Source of the DNA: an uncultured Clostridiaceae bacterium
Lineage (GTDB): Bacteria > Bacillota > Clostridia > Lachnospirales > Lachnospiraceae
Direction: 5' to 3'
Length of the DNA stretch: 64,000 nt
NCBI GenBank assembly: GCA_937890595.1
Contig: CALADM010000014.1
Coordinates: 15,082 to 79,081, forward strand
Below are positions 37,902 through 47,959 of this stretch, piece by piece. The translations under genes and the position numbers were made by a program. Numbering within the stretch: position 1 is the stretch's first letter; every line of letters starts with the position of its first letter. Below the pieces are notes generated by a model. The model made no database searches. It had not been told where the DNA came from and saw only the letters and a program-made list of their open reading frames with translations.

Positions 37902-39182
37902 ATGGAGCAGAAAAGTTTTATTTTAAAGGGAGATATTTGTTATACTCCAGATAAGGAAACGATGGTCTGTGTGGAGAATGGTTACCTGATCTGTGAGGAT
38001 GGACTGTGTGCTGGGGTTACAAAAGTGCTTCCGGAGAAACTTCAGGGCTTTCCAATCTTGGATTATAGTGGTAAACTGATTGTGCCGGGACTGGTTGATC
38101 TGCATGTTCATGCACCTCAGTATGCGTTTCGTGGCTTAGGAATGGATATGGAACTTCTGGATTGGCTGAATTGCCATACATTTCCAGAAGAAGGAAAATA
38201 TCAGGATGAGGAATACGCCCAAAAAGCGTATGAGATATTTGTGGAAGATCTTAGAAATGGTCCTAATACAAGAGCATGTATTTTTGGAACACTTCATGTC
38301 TCAGGAACATTGATACTGATGGATAAATTGGAAGAGTCGGGTGTTTGTGCTTTTGTTGGAAAAGTCAATATGGATCGCAATAGTCCTGACTTTTTGAGAG
38401 AAGCAAATGCGATGGAATCTCTTAGGTGCACAGAAAAGTGGCTAAAAGAGACAGAAAAACGCAGATATCAAAGAGTAAAGCCGATCTTAACACCACGTTT
38501 TATTCCATCTTGTACAGATGAGCTTATGGATGGACTGAGCAAGATACAAAAAGAGTATACATTGCCAGTGCAGTCTCATTTGTCAGAAAATCAAGGTGAG
38601 ATCACATGGGTAAAGGAACTTTCCCCGCAGGCAGAATTTTATGGGGATGCGTATGACAGGTTCCAGCTTTTTGGCGGTGGAGTTCCAACGATTATGGCTC
38701 ATTGTGTCTGGTCTGAAGAACAAGAAAGAAGACGTATGAAAGAAAGGGGGGTATTTATTGCACACTGCCCACAGTCAAATGAAAATCTATCTTCTGGTAT
38801 CGCTCCGGTGCGAACCTATCTGCAGGAAGGAATGAGAGTTGGACTGGGAAGTGATGTGGCAGGAGGCGTACACATGTCTATTTTCAGAGCGATGTCTGAT
38901 GCCATCCAAATGTCAAAGATGCGTTGGCGTTTGGTGGATGAAACACAGAAACCTCTTACAGTGACAGAGGCGTTTTATCTGGGAACAAAGGGCGGAGGCG
39001 CTTTCTTTGGAAATGTGGGAAGTTTTGAGACTGGGTATGAATTGGATGCCATTGTATTGGATGATGGCAGATTCCGGCACCCGCAGCAGTTGAGCGTGAA
39101 AGAACGTCTGGAGCGTTTTATTTATTTGAATAATGGAAATGAGGTGCTTCATAAGTTCGCAGCGGGCAGACAGCTATTTTAG
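37902..39182 (+). CDS. guaD: Guanine deaminase (amidohydrolase superfamily)
   Basis: Metal ligands PGLVDLHVHAPQY, HLSEN, and a late GSDV. The ATG at 37902 is preferred because the listed start at 37788 would overlap the riboswitch. Confidence 0.82.
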   Translation: MEQKSFILKGDICYTPDKETMVCVENGYLICEDGLCAGVTKVLPEKLQGFPILDYSGKLIVPGLVDLHVHAPQYAFRGLGMDMELLDWLNCHTFPEEGKYQDEEYAQKAYEIFVEDLRNGPNTRACIFGTLHVSGTLILMDKLEESGVCAFVGKVNMDRNSPDFLREANAMESLRCTEKWLKETEKRRYQRVKPILTPRFIPSCTDELMDGLSKIQKEYTLPVQSHLSENQGEITWVKELSPQAEFYGDAYDRFQLFGGGVPTIMAHCVWSEEQERRRMKERGVFIAHCPQSNENLSSGIAPVRTYLQEGMRVGLGSDVAGGVHMSIFRAMSDAIQMSKMRWRLVDETQKPLTVTEAFYLGTKGGGAFFGNVGSFETGYELDAIVLDDGRFRHPQQLSVKERLERFIYLNNGNEVLHKFAAGRQLF

Positions 39183-39192
39183 GAGGGAAAAT

Positions 39193-40569
39193 ATGAATTT
39201 AGAAAAACTATTTCACTTGAAGGAAAACAATACGGATGTCAAGACAGAAGTTGTAGCAGGTATTACGACATTTATGACAATGGCGTATATTCTGGCAGTA
39301 AATCCATCCATCCTGTCAGTAGCAGGAATGGACAAGGGCGCTGTATTTACCGCAACCGTATTGGCTTCCGCAGTTGCCACCATCTTGATGGCATTGCTGG
39401 CAAACTATCCATTTGTATTGGCTCCGGGTATGGGACTGAATGCATACTTTGCATATACCGTAGTTCTTCAGATGGGATATACTTGGCAGCAGGCTTTGGC
39501 AGCTGTTTTTGTAGAAGGGTTTATTTTTATCGTGTTGTCATTGACAAGTGTGCGTGAGGCAATCTTTAATGCGATTCCGATGAACCTGAAACATGCAGTT
39601 TCCGTTGGTATCGGTTTATTTATCACATTCATTGGTCTTCAGAATGCACATGTTGTAGTAAATAATGATTCCACTCTTTTAGGAGTATTCTCTTTTAAGA
39701 CTTCACTTGAAACTGGTACATTCAGCAGTGAGGGGATCACAGTGCTTTTGGCTTTGATCGGAATTATCATCACAGCAGTACTGTTGTACAAGAATGTAAA
39801 GGGTAATATCCTTTGGGGTATCCTGATCACATGGGGACTTGGCATTATCTGTCAGTTCTTAGGAATCTACCAGCCAAATCCAGATATGGGATTTTTCAGT
39901 CTGCTTCCGGATTTTTCTGGTGGTATTTCTGTTCCAAGTGTTGCTCCTACCTTGTTCCAGATGGATTTCACAAAAGTATTTTCACTGGACTTTTTGATCA
40001 TTATGTTTGCATTCCTGTTTGTCGATCTGTTTGATACTCTGGGAACTTTGATCGGTGTTTCCTCTAAGGCAAACATGCTGGATAAGAATGGTAAACTTCC
40101 TAGGATCCGTGGAGCTCTGCTTGCAGATTCCATCGGTACTTCTGTAGGTGCAGCTCTGGGTACTTCCACTACTACAACATTCGTAGAGAGTGCATCCGGT
40201 GTTTCTGAGGGTGGACGTACTGGATTGACAGCGCTGGTATCTGCCGGAATGTTTTTGATCGCTCTGTTCTTGTCTCCAATCTTTTTGGCAATCCCATCCT
40301 TTGCCACAGCTCCGGCTCTGGTAGTGGTAGGATATCTGATGCTGACCTCTATCACAAAGATCAGCTTTGACGATGCATCAGAAGCGATCCCATGCTTTAT
40401 CGCTATCATTGCTATGCCATTTATGTACAGCATTTCAGAAGGTATTGCAATGGGAGTTATCTCTTATGTAGCGATCAATCTTCTTTGTGGAAAAGCAAAA
40501 GAGAAAAAGATCAGTGTATTGATGTATATATTGGCTGTATTGTTTATAATTAAATATATTATCTTGTAA
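39193..40569 (+). CDS. NCS2/AzgA-family purine permease (adenine/guanine/hypoxanthine type, PbuG/GhxP-like)
   Basis: N-terminus LFHLKENNTDVKTEVVAGITTFMTMAYILAVNP is typical of the COG2252 family. Polytopic. ATG 5 nt after AGGAGGG. Confidence 0.88.
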   Translation: MNLEKLFHLKENNTDVKTEVVAGITTFMTMAYILAVNPSILSVAGMDKGAVFTATVLASAVATILMALLANYPFVLAPGMGLNAYFAYTVVLQMGYTWQQALAAVFVEGFIFIVLSLTSVREAIFNAIPMNLKHAVSVGIGLFITFIGLQNAHVVVNNDSTLLGVFSFKTSLETGTFSSEGITVLLALIGIIITAVLLYKNVKGNILWGILITWGLGIICQFLGIYQPNPDMGFFSLLPDFSGGISVPSVAPTLFQMDFTKVFSLDFLIIMFAFLFVDLFDTLGTLIGVSSKANMLDKNGKLPRIRGALLADSIGTSVGAALGTSTTTTFVESASGVSEGGRTGLTALVSAGMFLIALFLSPIFLAIPSFATAPALVVVGYLMLTSITKISFDDASEAIPCFIAIIAMPFMYSISEGIAMGVISYVAINLLCGKAKEKKISVLMYILAVLFIIKYIIL

Positions 40570-40609
40570 TCAATTTCGATCTATGTAAAAACGATTCGAA
40601 TAGTTAGTA

Positions 40610-40675
40610 AAAAGTGTGCCTTGAAATGTTTTTCTGTATAGTTAGCGTGCAGAGTAAAATTTGAGGCACACTTTT
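40610..40675 (+). other. Long-loop hairpin between the permease and xdhA
   Basis: 12-bp perfect stem AAAAGTGTGCCT / AGGCACACTTTT enclosing a 42-nt loop; the 3' arm ends in TTTT. Confidence 0.4.
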
Positions 40676-40706
40676 GTTATATAAAGAAGAGATTGGAGGG
40701 AATCTT

Positions 40707-43001
40707 GTGGGTGTTGGAGCAAAAACGACCCGTGTAGATGCATATGCAAAGGTGACAGGAGAGGCAAAATATACTGCTGACTTGATGCCAGAGGATGTGT
40801 TGTGTGCAAAAGTGGTACATAGTACGATAGCAAATGGATGGGTAAAAGGTTTTGATCTGGAAGAGGCACAGAAAGTACCTGGGGTGGTAAAGATTGTGAC
40901 TTGTTTTGATGTGCCGGATATTTTGTTTGGAACACCCGGTCATCCGTGGTCTGTGGAGAAGGCACATCAGGATGTACAGGATAGAAAATTGTTAAATCAG
41001 AGAGTAAGGCTTTATGGCGATGATATTGCTGCGGTAATAGCAAAGGATGAAGTTGCGGCAGCAAGAGCAGTAAGGCTGATTCGGGTGGAATATGAGGAAC
41101 TGCCGCCGATTCCTGAGGTAGAAGATGCCATGAAAGAGGGGGCTTCTGTTCTTCATGAAGAAAGATCGGACAATATCTTGGCACACTCCAGAATGACTGT
41201 GGGGGAAGGTGATTTTGAGAAGAGTGTACAAGAAGAGGAAGATCTTCTGATTTTGGATAAAGTGTATCAGACACAGAGAGTACAACACTGCCATCTGGAA
41301 CTTCCAGTTTCCTTTGCATACCAAGATGGAAATGGAAAATTAGTGATCGTCACTTCCACACAGATCCCACATATTGTAAGGCGTGTGGTAGGGCAGGCGA
41401 TGGGAATGGATTGGGGACAGATTCGTATTATCAAGCCATATATTGGAGGCGGATTCGGCAACAAACAGGATGTTTTGTATGAGCCATTGAATGCGTTTCT
41501 CTGTCTTCAGGCAGGGGGACGCTGTGTGAAGTTGGAGATTTCCAGAGAGGAAACTTTTACTTCCACAAGAGTGCGCCATGCCATCAAATGCCACATAAAG
41601 GCAGCAGTGAGAAAAGATGGCACACTGGTGGCAAGAAAACTGGAGGCATATTCGAATCAGGGTGGATATGCATCACATGGTCATTCTATTGTGGCAAACA
41701 TGGCAAATATGTTTAAACAGCTTTATCAGGATGAAAGGGGAATGGAGGCAGATTCCTATACGGTGTATACGAGTTCTGCATCAGCAGGAGCGATGAGAGG
41801 ATATGGAATCCCTCAGGCAGCTTTTGTCACAGAGGCGATGACAGATGATCTCGCCTATATGCTGCACATAGATCCTCTGGAATATCGTTTGAAAAATTGT
41901 ATGAAAGAAGGATACCGTGATCCACACACAGGTATTACATTCCACAGCTATGGTCTAAAACAATGCATTGAAAAGGGACGAGAGAGAATGCATTGGGATG
42001 AAAAACGCCGTTTATACAAGGATCAGACAGGAATGATACGGCGTGGTATCGGAATGGCGATCTTTTGTTACAAAACAGGGGTATATCCAATCTCCCTAGA
42101 AACTGCATCTTGTAGAATGGTATTAAATCAAGATGGCTCTATTCAGCTTCAAATGGGAGCTACGGAGATTGGTCAGGGAGCAGATACCATATTTACGCAG
42201 ATGGCTGCGGATTCTTTGGGATTTACGGAAGATAAGATATATATCATTTCAACACAGGATACAGATATCACACCATTTGATACGGGAGCTTATGCATCCA
42301 GACAGACTTATGTGAGTGGTATGGCGTTAAAGCAGACAGCACAGATTTTAAAAGAACGTATTTTGGAGTATGCATCTGAAATGCTGAATCTGCCAGCAGA
42401 TACTTTGGATATCCACAACAATGAGATAGTGGATAAGGAGACGAGAGATTCTTTACTTTCTATGAAAGAGTTGGCAACAGAAGCGTTTTATAGTCTTTCT
42501 CATTCTGTACACCTTATAGCAGAATCTACGTTCCACTGTAAAAATAATACATTTGCCAGCGGTGCATGTTTTGCTGAGGTAGAAGTAGATCTTGCATATG
42601 GGCAGGTGAAGGTGCTGAAGATTTTAAATGTGCATGACAGTGGTGTTTTGATCAATCCAAAACTGGCAGAAGCACAGGTACATGGCGGTATGAGTATGGG
42701 TCTTGGATATGGACTTGGAGAATGTCTGATGTATGATAAAAACGGAAAGCCTTTGAACGGAAATCTGTTAGACTATAAGATGCCAACAGCGATGGATACG
42801 CCAAACTTGGATGTAGAGTTTGTGGAAGTAGAAGATCCGACAGGTCCTTATGGAAATAAGGCACTTGGAGAACCACCGGCGATCCCAGTTGCTCCTGCGC
42901 TGCGCAATGCAGTTCTTCATGCGACTGGAGTAGCAGTGGATTCCTTGCCAATGGATCCGCAGAAGCTGACAGAGGCATTTAAAAAGGCACATCTTATTTA
43001 A
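40707..43001 (+). CDS. xdhA: Xanthine dehydrogenase family molybdopterin-binding subunit
   Basis: RVDAYAKVTGEAKYTAD N-terminus, GGGFGNK and GQG/ATEIGQG motifs. The GTG at 40707 lies 6 nt after GGAGGG. Confidence 0.88.
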   Translation: MGVGAKTTRVDAYAKVTGEAKYTADLMPEDVLCAKVVHSTIANGWVKGFDLEEAQKVPGVVKIVTCFDVPDILFGTPGHPWSVEKAHQDVQDRKLLNQRVRLYGDDIAAVIAKDEVAAARAVRLIRVEYEELPPIPEVEDAMKEGASVLHEERSDNILAHSRMTVGEGDFEKSVQEEEDLLILDKVYQTQRVQHCHLELPVSFAYQDGNGKLVIVTSTQIPHIVRRVVGQAMGMDWGQIRIIKPYIGGGFGNKQDVLYEPLNAFLCLQAGGRCVKLEISREETFTSTRVRHAIKCHIKAAVRKDGTLVARKLEAYSNQGGYASHGHSIVANMANMFKQLYQDERGMEADSYTVYTSSASAGAMRGYGIPQAAFVTEAMTDDLAYMLHIDPLEYRLKNCMKEGYRDPHTGITFHSYGLKQCIEKGRERMHWDEKRRLYKDQTGMIRRGIGMAIFCYKTGVYPISLETASCRMVLNQDGSIQLQMGATEIGQGADTIFTQMAADSLGFTEDKIYIISTQDTDITPFDTGAYASRQTYVSGMALKQTAQILKERILEYASEMLNLPADTLDIHNNEIVDKETRDSLLSMKELATEAFYSLSHSVHLIAESTFHCKNNTFASGACFAEVEVDLAYGQVKVLKILNVHDSGVLINPKLAEAQVHGGMSMGLGYGLGECLMYDKNGKPLNGNLLDYKMPTAMDTPNLDVEFVEVEDPTGPYGNKALGEPPAIPVAPALRNAVLHATGVAVDSLPMDPQKLTEAFKKAHLI

Positions 43002-43045
43002 AGTAAGATGGTCGGGTGAGAAAGTTTTGAGAAAGGAAGGCAAAC

Positions 43046-43978
43046 ATGTACGATATTGAAACATTATATCAGGCAAAGGATGTTGGCGATGCTGTGGAAG
43101 CCTTAAAAAAGAATCCAAATGCAGTTCTCATATCAGGAGGTACGGATGTTTTAATTCAGATCCGTGAGGGAAAACTGGCAGGAGCTTCTCTGGTCAGTCT
43201 TCATAATATCAAGGAGCTGAAAGGGATACAGGTGGAAGAAGATCAAACGATCTGGATCGGTCCGGCTTCTTCATTTTCCCGTATCGCAAATGATCCGGTC
43301 ATTTTGGATAAAATTCCGATTTTGGCAGAAGCAGTGGATACGGTAGGTGGTCCTCAGATCAGAAATATGGGAACGATCGGGGGAAATGTCTGCAATGGTG
43401 TAACGAGTGCAGACAGTGCATCCACACAGTTTGTGTTGAATGCCAGCTTGGAGCTGACAGGTCCATCTGGAATCAGGCATGTTCCGATCTCTGAGTTCTA
43501 TACAGGTCCGGGGCGCACAGTCCGCAGTCATGAGGAAGTCCTGACAGGTATTCGGATTGCAAGAGAAGATTATGAGGGATATTTTGGATGTTATGTGAAA
43601 TATGGCAAGAGAAAGGCGATGGAGATCGCCACACTGGGCTGTGCGGTTCTTGTGAAGGTGACAGAAGATAAAAAAAGGATAGAAGATCTGAGGATCGCAT
43701 TTGGAGTTGCAGCGCCTACTCCGATCCGCTGTTATAAGACAGAAGAAGGGGCAAAGGGAATGGAGATTGGAAATGATCTGCTTTGTTTTGTTGCAGAAGG
43801 TGTACAGGGTGAGGTAAATCCCCGTTCCAGCTGGAGAGCTTCCAAGGAGTTCAGGCTTTTGTTGATACAGGAAATGGCAAAGAGAGGACTTGCAAAAGCG
43901 TTAGAGCGTGCAGGTGCAGATGTGAAAGGATTAAAATATTGGGAAAACTGGCAGAATGGAGGGGAAATTGATGCTTAA
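43046..43978 (+). CDS. xdhB: Xanthine dehydrogenase FAD-binding subunit
   Basis: FAD-binding PCMH-type N-domain (ISGGTDVLIQ, MGTIGGN) and a CO-dehydrogenase flavoprotein C-domain-like end. Confidence 0.88.
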   Translation: MYDIETLYQAKDVGDAVEALKKNPNAVLISGGTDVLIQIREGKLAGASLVSLHNIKELKGIQVEEDQTIWIGPASSFSRIANDPVILDKIPILAEAVDTVGGPQIRNMGTIGGNVCNGVTSADSASTQFVLNASLELTGPSGIRHVPISEFYTGPGRTVRSHEEVLTGIRIAREDYEGYFGCYVKYGKRKAMEIATLGCAVLVKVTEDKKRIEDLRIAFGVAAPTPIRCYKTEEGAKGMEIGNDLLCFVAEGVQGEVNPRSSWRASKEFRLLLIQEMAKRGLAKALERAGADVKGLKYWENWQNGGEIDA

Positions 43979-44471
43979 TGTGATCCATATGATCGTGAAT
44001 GGAGAAGAGAGAGAAGTTGCAGTGGATGAGAGGGAGGCTTTGCTGGATACACTGCGTAATAGACTGCATCTGACCAGTGTGAAAAGAGGATGCGAGGTAG
44101 GAGAGTGTGGTGCGTGTACTGTACTGGTAGATGGCGAGGCTGTGGATTCCTGTATTTACCTGACTGTCTGGGCGGAGGGGAAACATATCCTGACTGTGGA
44201 GGGATTGAAAGGGAAAAATGGTGAGTTAGACCCGATCCAGCAGGCGTTCATTGATGAGGCAGCTGTTCAATGTGGTTTTTGTACTCCTGGATTGATCATG
44301 ACAGCAGTAGAGATCGTCGGAACAGGCAAACGGTATAATCGGGAAGAGTTGAAAAAATTGATCTCAGGTCATCTTTGCAGATGTACAGGGTATGAGAATA
44401 TTTTGAATGCGATGGAGAAGATCGTGGGAGAAAGAGTGCGGCTTTCAAAAGAGATCACTGAAAAACTGTAA
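43971..44471 (+). CDS. xdhC: Xanthine dehydrogenase [2Fe-2S] subunit
   Basis: CEVGECGACTV and QCGFCTPG...CRCTGY cluster motifs. The ATG at 43971 lies 6 nt after GGAGGGG and overlaps the xdhB stop. Confidence 0.9.
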   Translation: MLNVIHMIVNGEEREVAVDEREALLDTLRNRLHLTSVKRGCEVGECGACTVLVDGEAVDSCIYLTVWAEGKHILTVEGLKGKNGELDPIQQAFIDEAAVQCGFCTPGLIMTAVEIVGTGKRYNREELKKLISGHLCRCTGYENILNAMEKIVGERVRLSKEITEKL

Positions 44472-44498
44472 AAGAAATGATGTGAGGGAAAAGATATG

Positions 44499-44558
44499 GG
44501 GAAAACTGTCAGGATATATTTAGTCAGAAATGGGTCAGGTATATCGGACAGTTTTCCC
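44499..44558. other. Hairpin between convergent genes (possible bidirectional terminator)
   Basis: GGGAAAACTGTC / GACAGTTTTCCC 12-bp stem with a ~36-nt loop and no clear U-tract. Confidence 0.35.
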
Positions 44559-44611
44559 TATATCATATAACCATAAAATAATGAAAAGAAGTGAAAAAGA
44601 ATAACAAACAG

Positions 44612-45364
44612 CTACTGGATTGCAAAATCCACTGTGACGGTGGCTTTTACATCGAGCTGTCCTGGCATGACATCCATTGCCACATCCGCTGTTGCTTTCT
44701 CCTCCATAGCAGAGTTGGAAGAAAGATTTTTGGTGTAGCGTGTAGATGTATTCGGAGTGTATTCTTCTACACGTACCATTGCCCCGAGGGAACGTCCTCC
44801 TGCGGATGCTAGGGCTTCTGCTTTGGTCTTGGCGCTGGCGATCGCTGTCTGGAGAGCCTCTTGATAGCAGTCATCATACTTGCTGGAGAGGTAGGTGACA
44901 GATTCCACGTCATTTGCTCCGTTTTCGATAACCGAAGTGATAAGTGCACCGGCATTTTCGAGGGGAACATCAGAGATGGTAATGTTGGTGGTCATCTCAT
45001 AACCGGTGAGTGTCTGTCCATTTTTCCAGTCATAAATGGGATTGAGGCTATAGTTGGATGTTTTGACCGATGTATCAGCGATCCCTTGGGTTTTCAGATA
45101 CTCCAGTACCTGATTGAGAGAAACCATATTTTGCTGCTGGCAGTCTTTTGCAGTTTTTTCCTGTGAATGGATGGCAAATACAAGCTGGGCAATATCTGGA
45201 GTGATCTGCACCGTCTCAGAACTGGTGACAGTGATGACCTGACTGCTCGTATCTTCGATCTGGATACTGGAAGGCAGGGAAGCAGAACTTGCGGAAGCTG
45301 TGCCACATGCGGTGAGAATGCCAAAAGAAGCAGCTAAAATTGCAATAGTAAGTTGTTTTTTCAT
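44612..45364 (-). CDS. SIMPL/DUF541 domain lipoprotein
   Basis: Lipobox GILTAC. The length and the C-terminal PGQLDVKATVTVDF pattern are typical of SIMPL-family proteins. Confidence 0.75.
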   Translation of the reverse strand: MKKQLTIAILAASFGILTACGTASASSASLPSSIQIEDTSSQVITVTSSETVQITPDIAQLVFAIHSQEKTAKDCQQQNMVSLNQVLEYLKTQGIADTSVKTSNYSLNPIYDWKNGQTLTGYEMTTNITISDVPLENAGALITSVIENGANDVESVTYLSSKYDDCYQEALQTAIASAKTKAEALASAGGRSLGAMVRVEEYTPNTSTRYTKNLSSNSAMEEKATADVAMDVMPGQLDVKATVTVDFAIQ

Positions 45365-45567
45365 AATTAAAAATCCCCTTTCTGCTTAGCAATGATCTAA
45401 GACAAAACAGGAAAAAATATCCTGTATTCCTATGTCTAGTATAACGCAAAGCAAAAAGAGGATGTGTTGCTTTTCTCTTAAAGTTCAAAGCAGAAAATCT
45501 TACGATTTTTGCATCTGGACTGAAAAGAACTATAGTCAGAAAATAAATGCATTTGCCAAGATACCAA

Positions 45568-46899
45568 CTATTTAGGTGATGTAGTGGTCTCTTCTTTTGG
45601 AAGAACAATATTCAAAAGAATGGCAACGATGGTTGCGATCACAACAGGGGATTTCCCGAAGATGGTCATAACCCATGCAGGGAAAGTAGCAAGAGATGCA
45701 CTTGCCTGAGAAATACCCATACCAAGTGCTGCTGCAAGACCTACGATGGAAGTATTTCTAAATGTCATGTGTTCTGTGATAACCAATTTCATACCAGTCA
45801 TAGCGATAGATGCAAATACAGATACGGTAGCGCCTCCAAGAACGCACTGAGGAATGGTGGTCAGCAGTGCGGAAAACTTAGGGAACAGTCCGGCTGCCAG
45901 TATGATCAGCGCTGCGAGTCCTAAAACCATGCGGTTTATTACTTTTGTTGTCGTTACGATACCAACGTTCTGGCTGTATGTAGCTGTCGGAAGACATCCA
46001 ATACATGCGATCGCCATGTTAGAGACACCATAACCAACGATCGCTCCTTGAAGCTCCTTGGTCTCAGGGTCACGGTTCATACTTCCGTTGGTCGTTGCAG
46101 AGAAGTCACCGATCGCCTGAATGGAGTTGATGGCAAACAAAAGACCAAGTGCGATACAGGAGGAAGCCTCAAAGGTAATGCCAAAATGAGCAACCTGAGG
46201 AAGTTGGAACATTCCGGCGTTTGTAACATTGGAGAAGTCAACCATACCAAACGGGATAGAAACGAGATATCCAAATGCCATACCGACCAAAATGGATGCC
46301 AGTTTCAAGAATCCTTTGGCGAAATGGTTCAAGATTGTTACAACTGTCAGTGTGATCAGTGCAACAAGCCAGTTCTGCCAAGCGCCATAGGTTGGACTGG
46401 AAGTACCTCCAGCCATATAGTTGATGGCAGTTGGATACAAAGAAAGACCGATGGTAAAGACGACTGTACCAGTGATCAGAGGCGGGAAAAAGCGTCTGAT
46501 CTTAAAAATCATGCATCCTACTAAGATCGCTATGATACCGCCTATGATCTGTGCGCCAAAGATTGCTGATATTCCATAGGATTCTGCGATAGCCTGCATA
46601 CTGGGAACATAAGCAAAACTGACACCCATGATGACGGGAAGACCGGATCCGAGACGGAAATTTCCGATCTTGATAGGAAAGAGCTGTAAAATGGTAGATA
46701 GTGCGGATGCGACAAGAGAAGTCTGGATTAAAAGGATCTTGTCTGCTTCCGATACACCTGCTACACCGGAAATGATGATAGCAGGGGTGACACATCCAAC
46801 GATCATTGCGACTACATGCTGAAGTGCCAGAGGAAGAGCCTGTCCGAATTTGGGAATTCCGTTCAATTCAAAGACAGAGGCATTTGATTGTGTTTTCAT
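45568..46899 (-). CDS. NCS2/NAT family nucleobase:cation symporter (xanthine/uric-acid-type signature)
   Basis: The NAT signature motif QNVGIVTTTK has Gln at its first position, as in xanthine/urate-specific members. Polytopic; 443 aa. Confidence 0.88.
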   Translation of the reverse strand: MKTQSNASVFELNGIPKFGQALPLALQHVVAMIVGCVTPAIIISGVAGVSEADKILLIQTSLVASALSTILQLFPIKIGNFRLGSGLPVIMGVSFAYVPSMQAIAESYGISAIFGAQIIGGIIAILVGCMIFKIRRFFPPLITGTVVFTIGLSLYPTAINYMAGGTSSPTYGAWQNWLVALITLTVVTILNHFAKGFLKLASILVGMAFGYLVSIPFGMVDFSNVTNAGMFQLPQVAHFGITFEASSCIALGLLFAINSIQAIGDFSATTNGSMNRDPETKELQGAIVGYGVSNMAIACIGCLPTATYSQNVGIVTTTKVINRMVLGLAALIILAAGLFPKFSALLTTIPQCVLGGATVSVFASIAMTGMKLVITEHMTFRNTSIVGLAAALGMGISQASASLATFPAWVMTIFGKSPVVIATIVAILLNIVLPKEETTTSPK

Positions 46900-46941
46900 G
46901 GTTTAAGGAACCTCCTTAATCAAGTGTTATTGATCTATGAT

Positions 46942-47889
46942 CTATTTCTGGTAGATACGGGTTCCTGTATTGCCCTGAATACCGTCCCGTGCTTTTTCCA
47001 ACAATGTTATCAATGCATTGCGGCCAGATTTGGATCGTGCAAATTTGACAGCTGCCTGTACTTTCGGAAGCATGGAACCGGGAGCAAATTGTCCTTCTTC
47101 TATGTATTTTTCAGCCTGCTCTACTGTCAGGCTGTCCAACCATTTTTCTTCCGGCTTTCCGAAGTGGATCGCTACTTTTTCGACTGCTGTCAGGATGATC
47201 AGATAGTCAGCATCAAGCTGTTCAGCAAGAAGACAGCTAGCAAAATCTTTGTCTATGACCGCACTAGCGCCTTTTAAATGATTTCCCTGACGTGTTACAG
47301 GGATCCCGCCGCCTCCGCATGCGATGACAAGCTGACCGGAATCTACAAGGGAACGGATCGCCCCGATCTCAATGATTTCCGCAGGCTGTGGGGAAGCGAC
47401 AACACGGCGGTATCCCCGACCGGAATCTTCCCGCATGATATATCCATATTTCTCAGCTGCCAGTTTCGCCTGTTCTTCTGTCATAAAATGTCCGATTGGT
47501 TTAGACGGCTTTTGAAATGCAGGATCATTTTCATCCACACGGATCTGTGTGATCATGGTCGCAACTGGGATGTCGTAGATCTCCCTGTTGTAAAGTTCCT
47601 CTCTCAATGCGTTCTGTAAGTCATACCCAATATATGCCTGACTCATAGCAACACAGACAGAGAGAGGAGTGTTTGGCTGATTGGCATCTTCACGGCTCAA
47701 TGCAGCCATGGCATTATTGATCATGCCGACCTGAGGACCGTTGCCGTGTGCTACCACAACTTCACAGCCCTCTTCGATCAGGTCGACAATTGCTTTTGCC
47801 GTGTGCTTGACTGCCTTCATCTGCTCAGGCAGTGTGTTTCCTAAAGCATTGCCCCCAAGAGCAATGACAATACGTTTTTTCTTGTTCAC
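46942..47889 (-). CDS. arcC: Carbamate kinase
   Basis: IVIALGGNAL and VVAHGNGPQVG motifs. The GTG at 47889 lies 6 nt after GGAGGGG and is preferred over the listed TTG at 47904. Confidence 0.85.
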   Translation of the reverse strand: MNKKKRIVIALGGNALGNTLPEQMKAVKHTAKAIVDLIEEGCEVVVAHGNGPQVGMINNAMAALSREDANQPNTPLSVCVAMSQAYIGYDLQNALREELYNREIYDIPVATMITQIRVDENDPAFQKPSKPIGHFMTEEQAKLAAEKYGYIMREDSGRGYRRVVASPQPAEIIEIGAIRSLVDSGQLVIACGGGGIPVTRQGNHLKGASAVIDKDFASCLLAEQLDADYLIILTAVEKVAIHFGKPEEKWLDSLTVEQAEKYIEEGQFAPGSMLPKVQAAVKFARSKSGRNALITLLEKARDGIQGNTGTRIYQK

Positions 47890-47959
47890 TTGTAACCCCT
47901 CCAAGTTTTTTTGCTATATAAATATGGTGTGGGGAATGCCCGTACACCTGTCTAAACTG

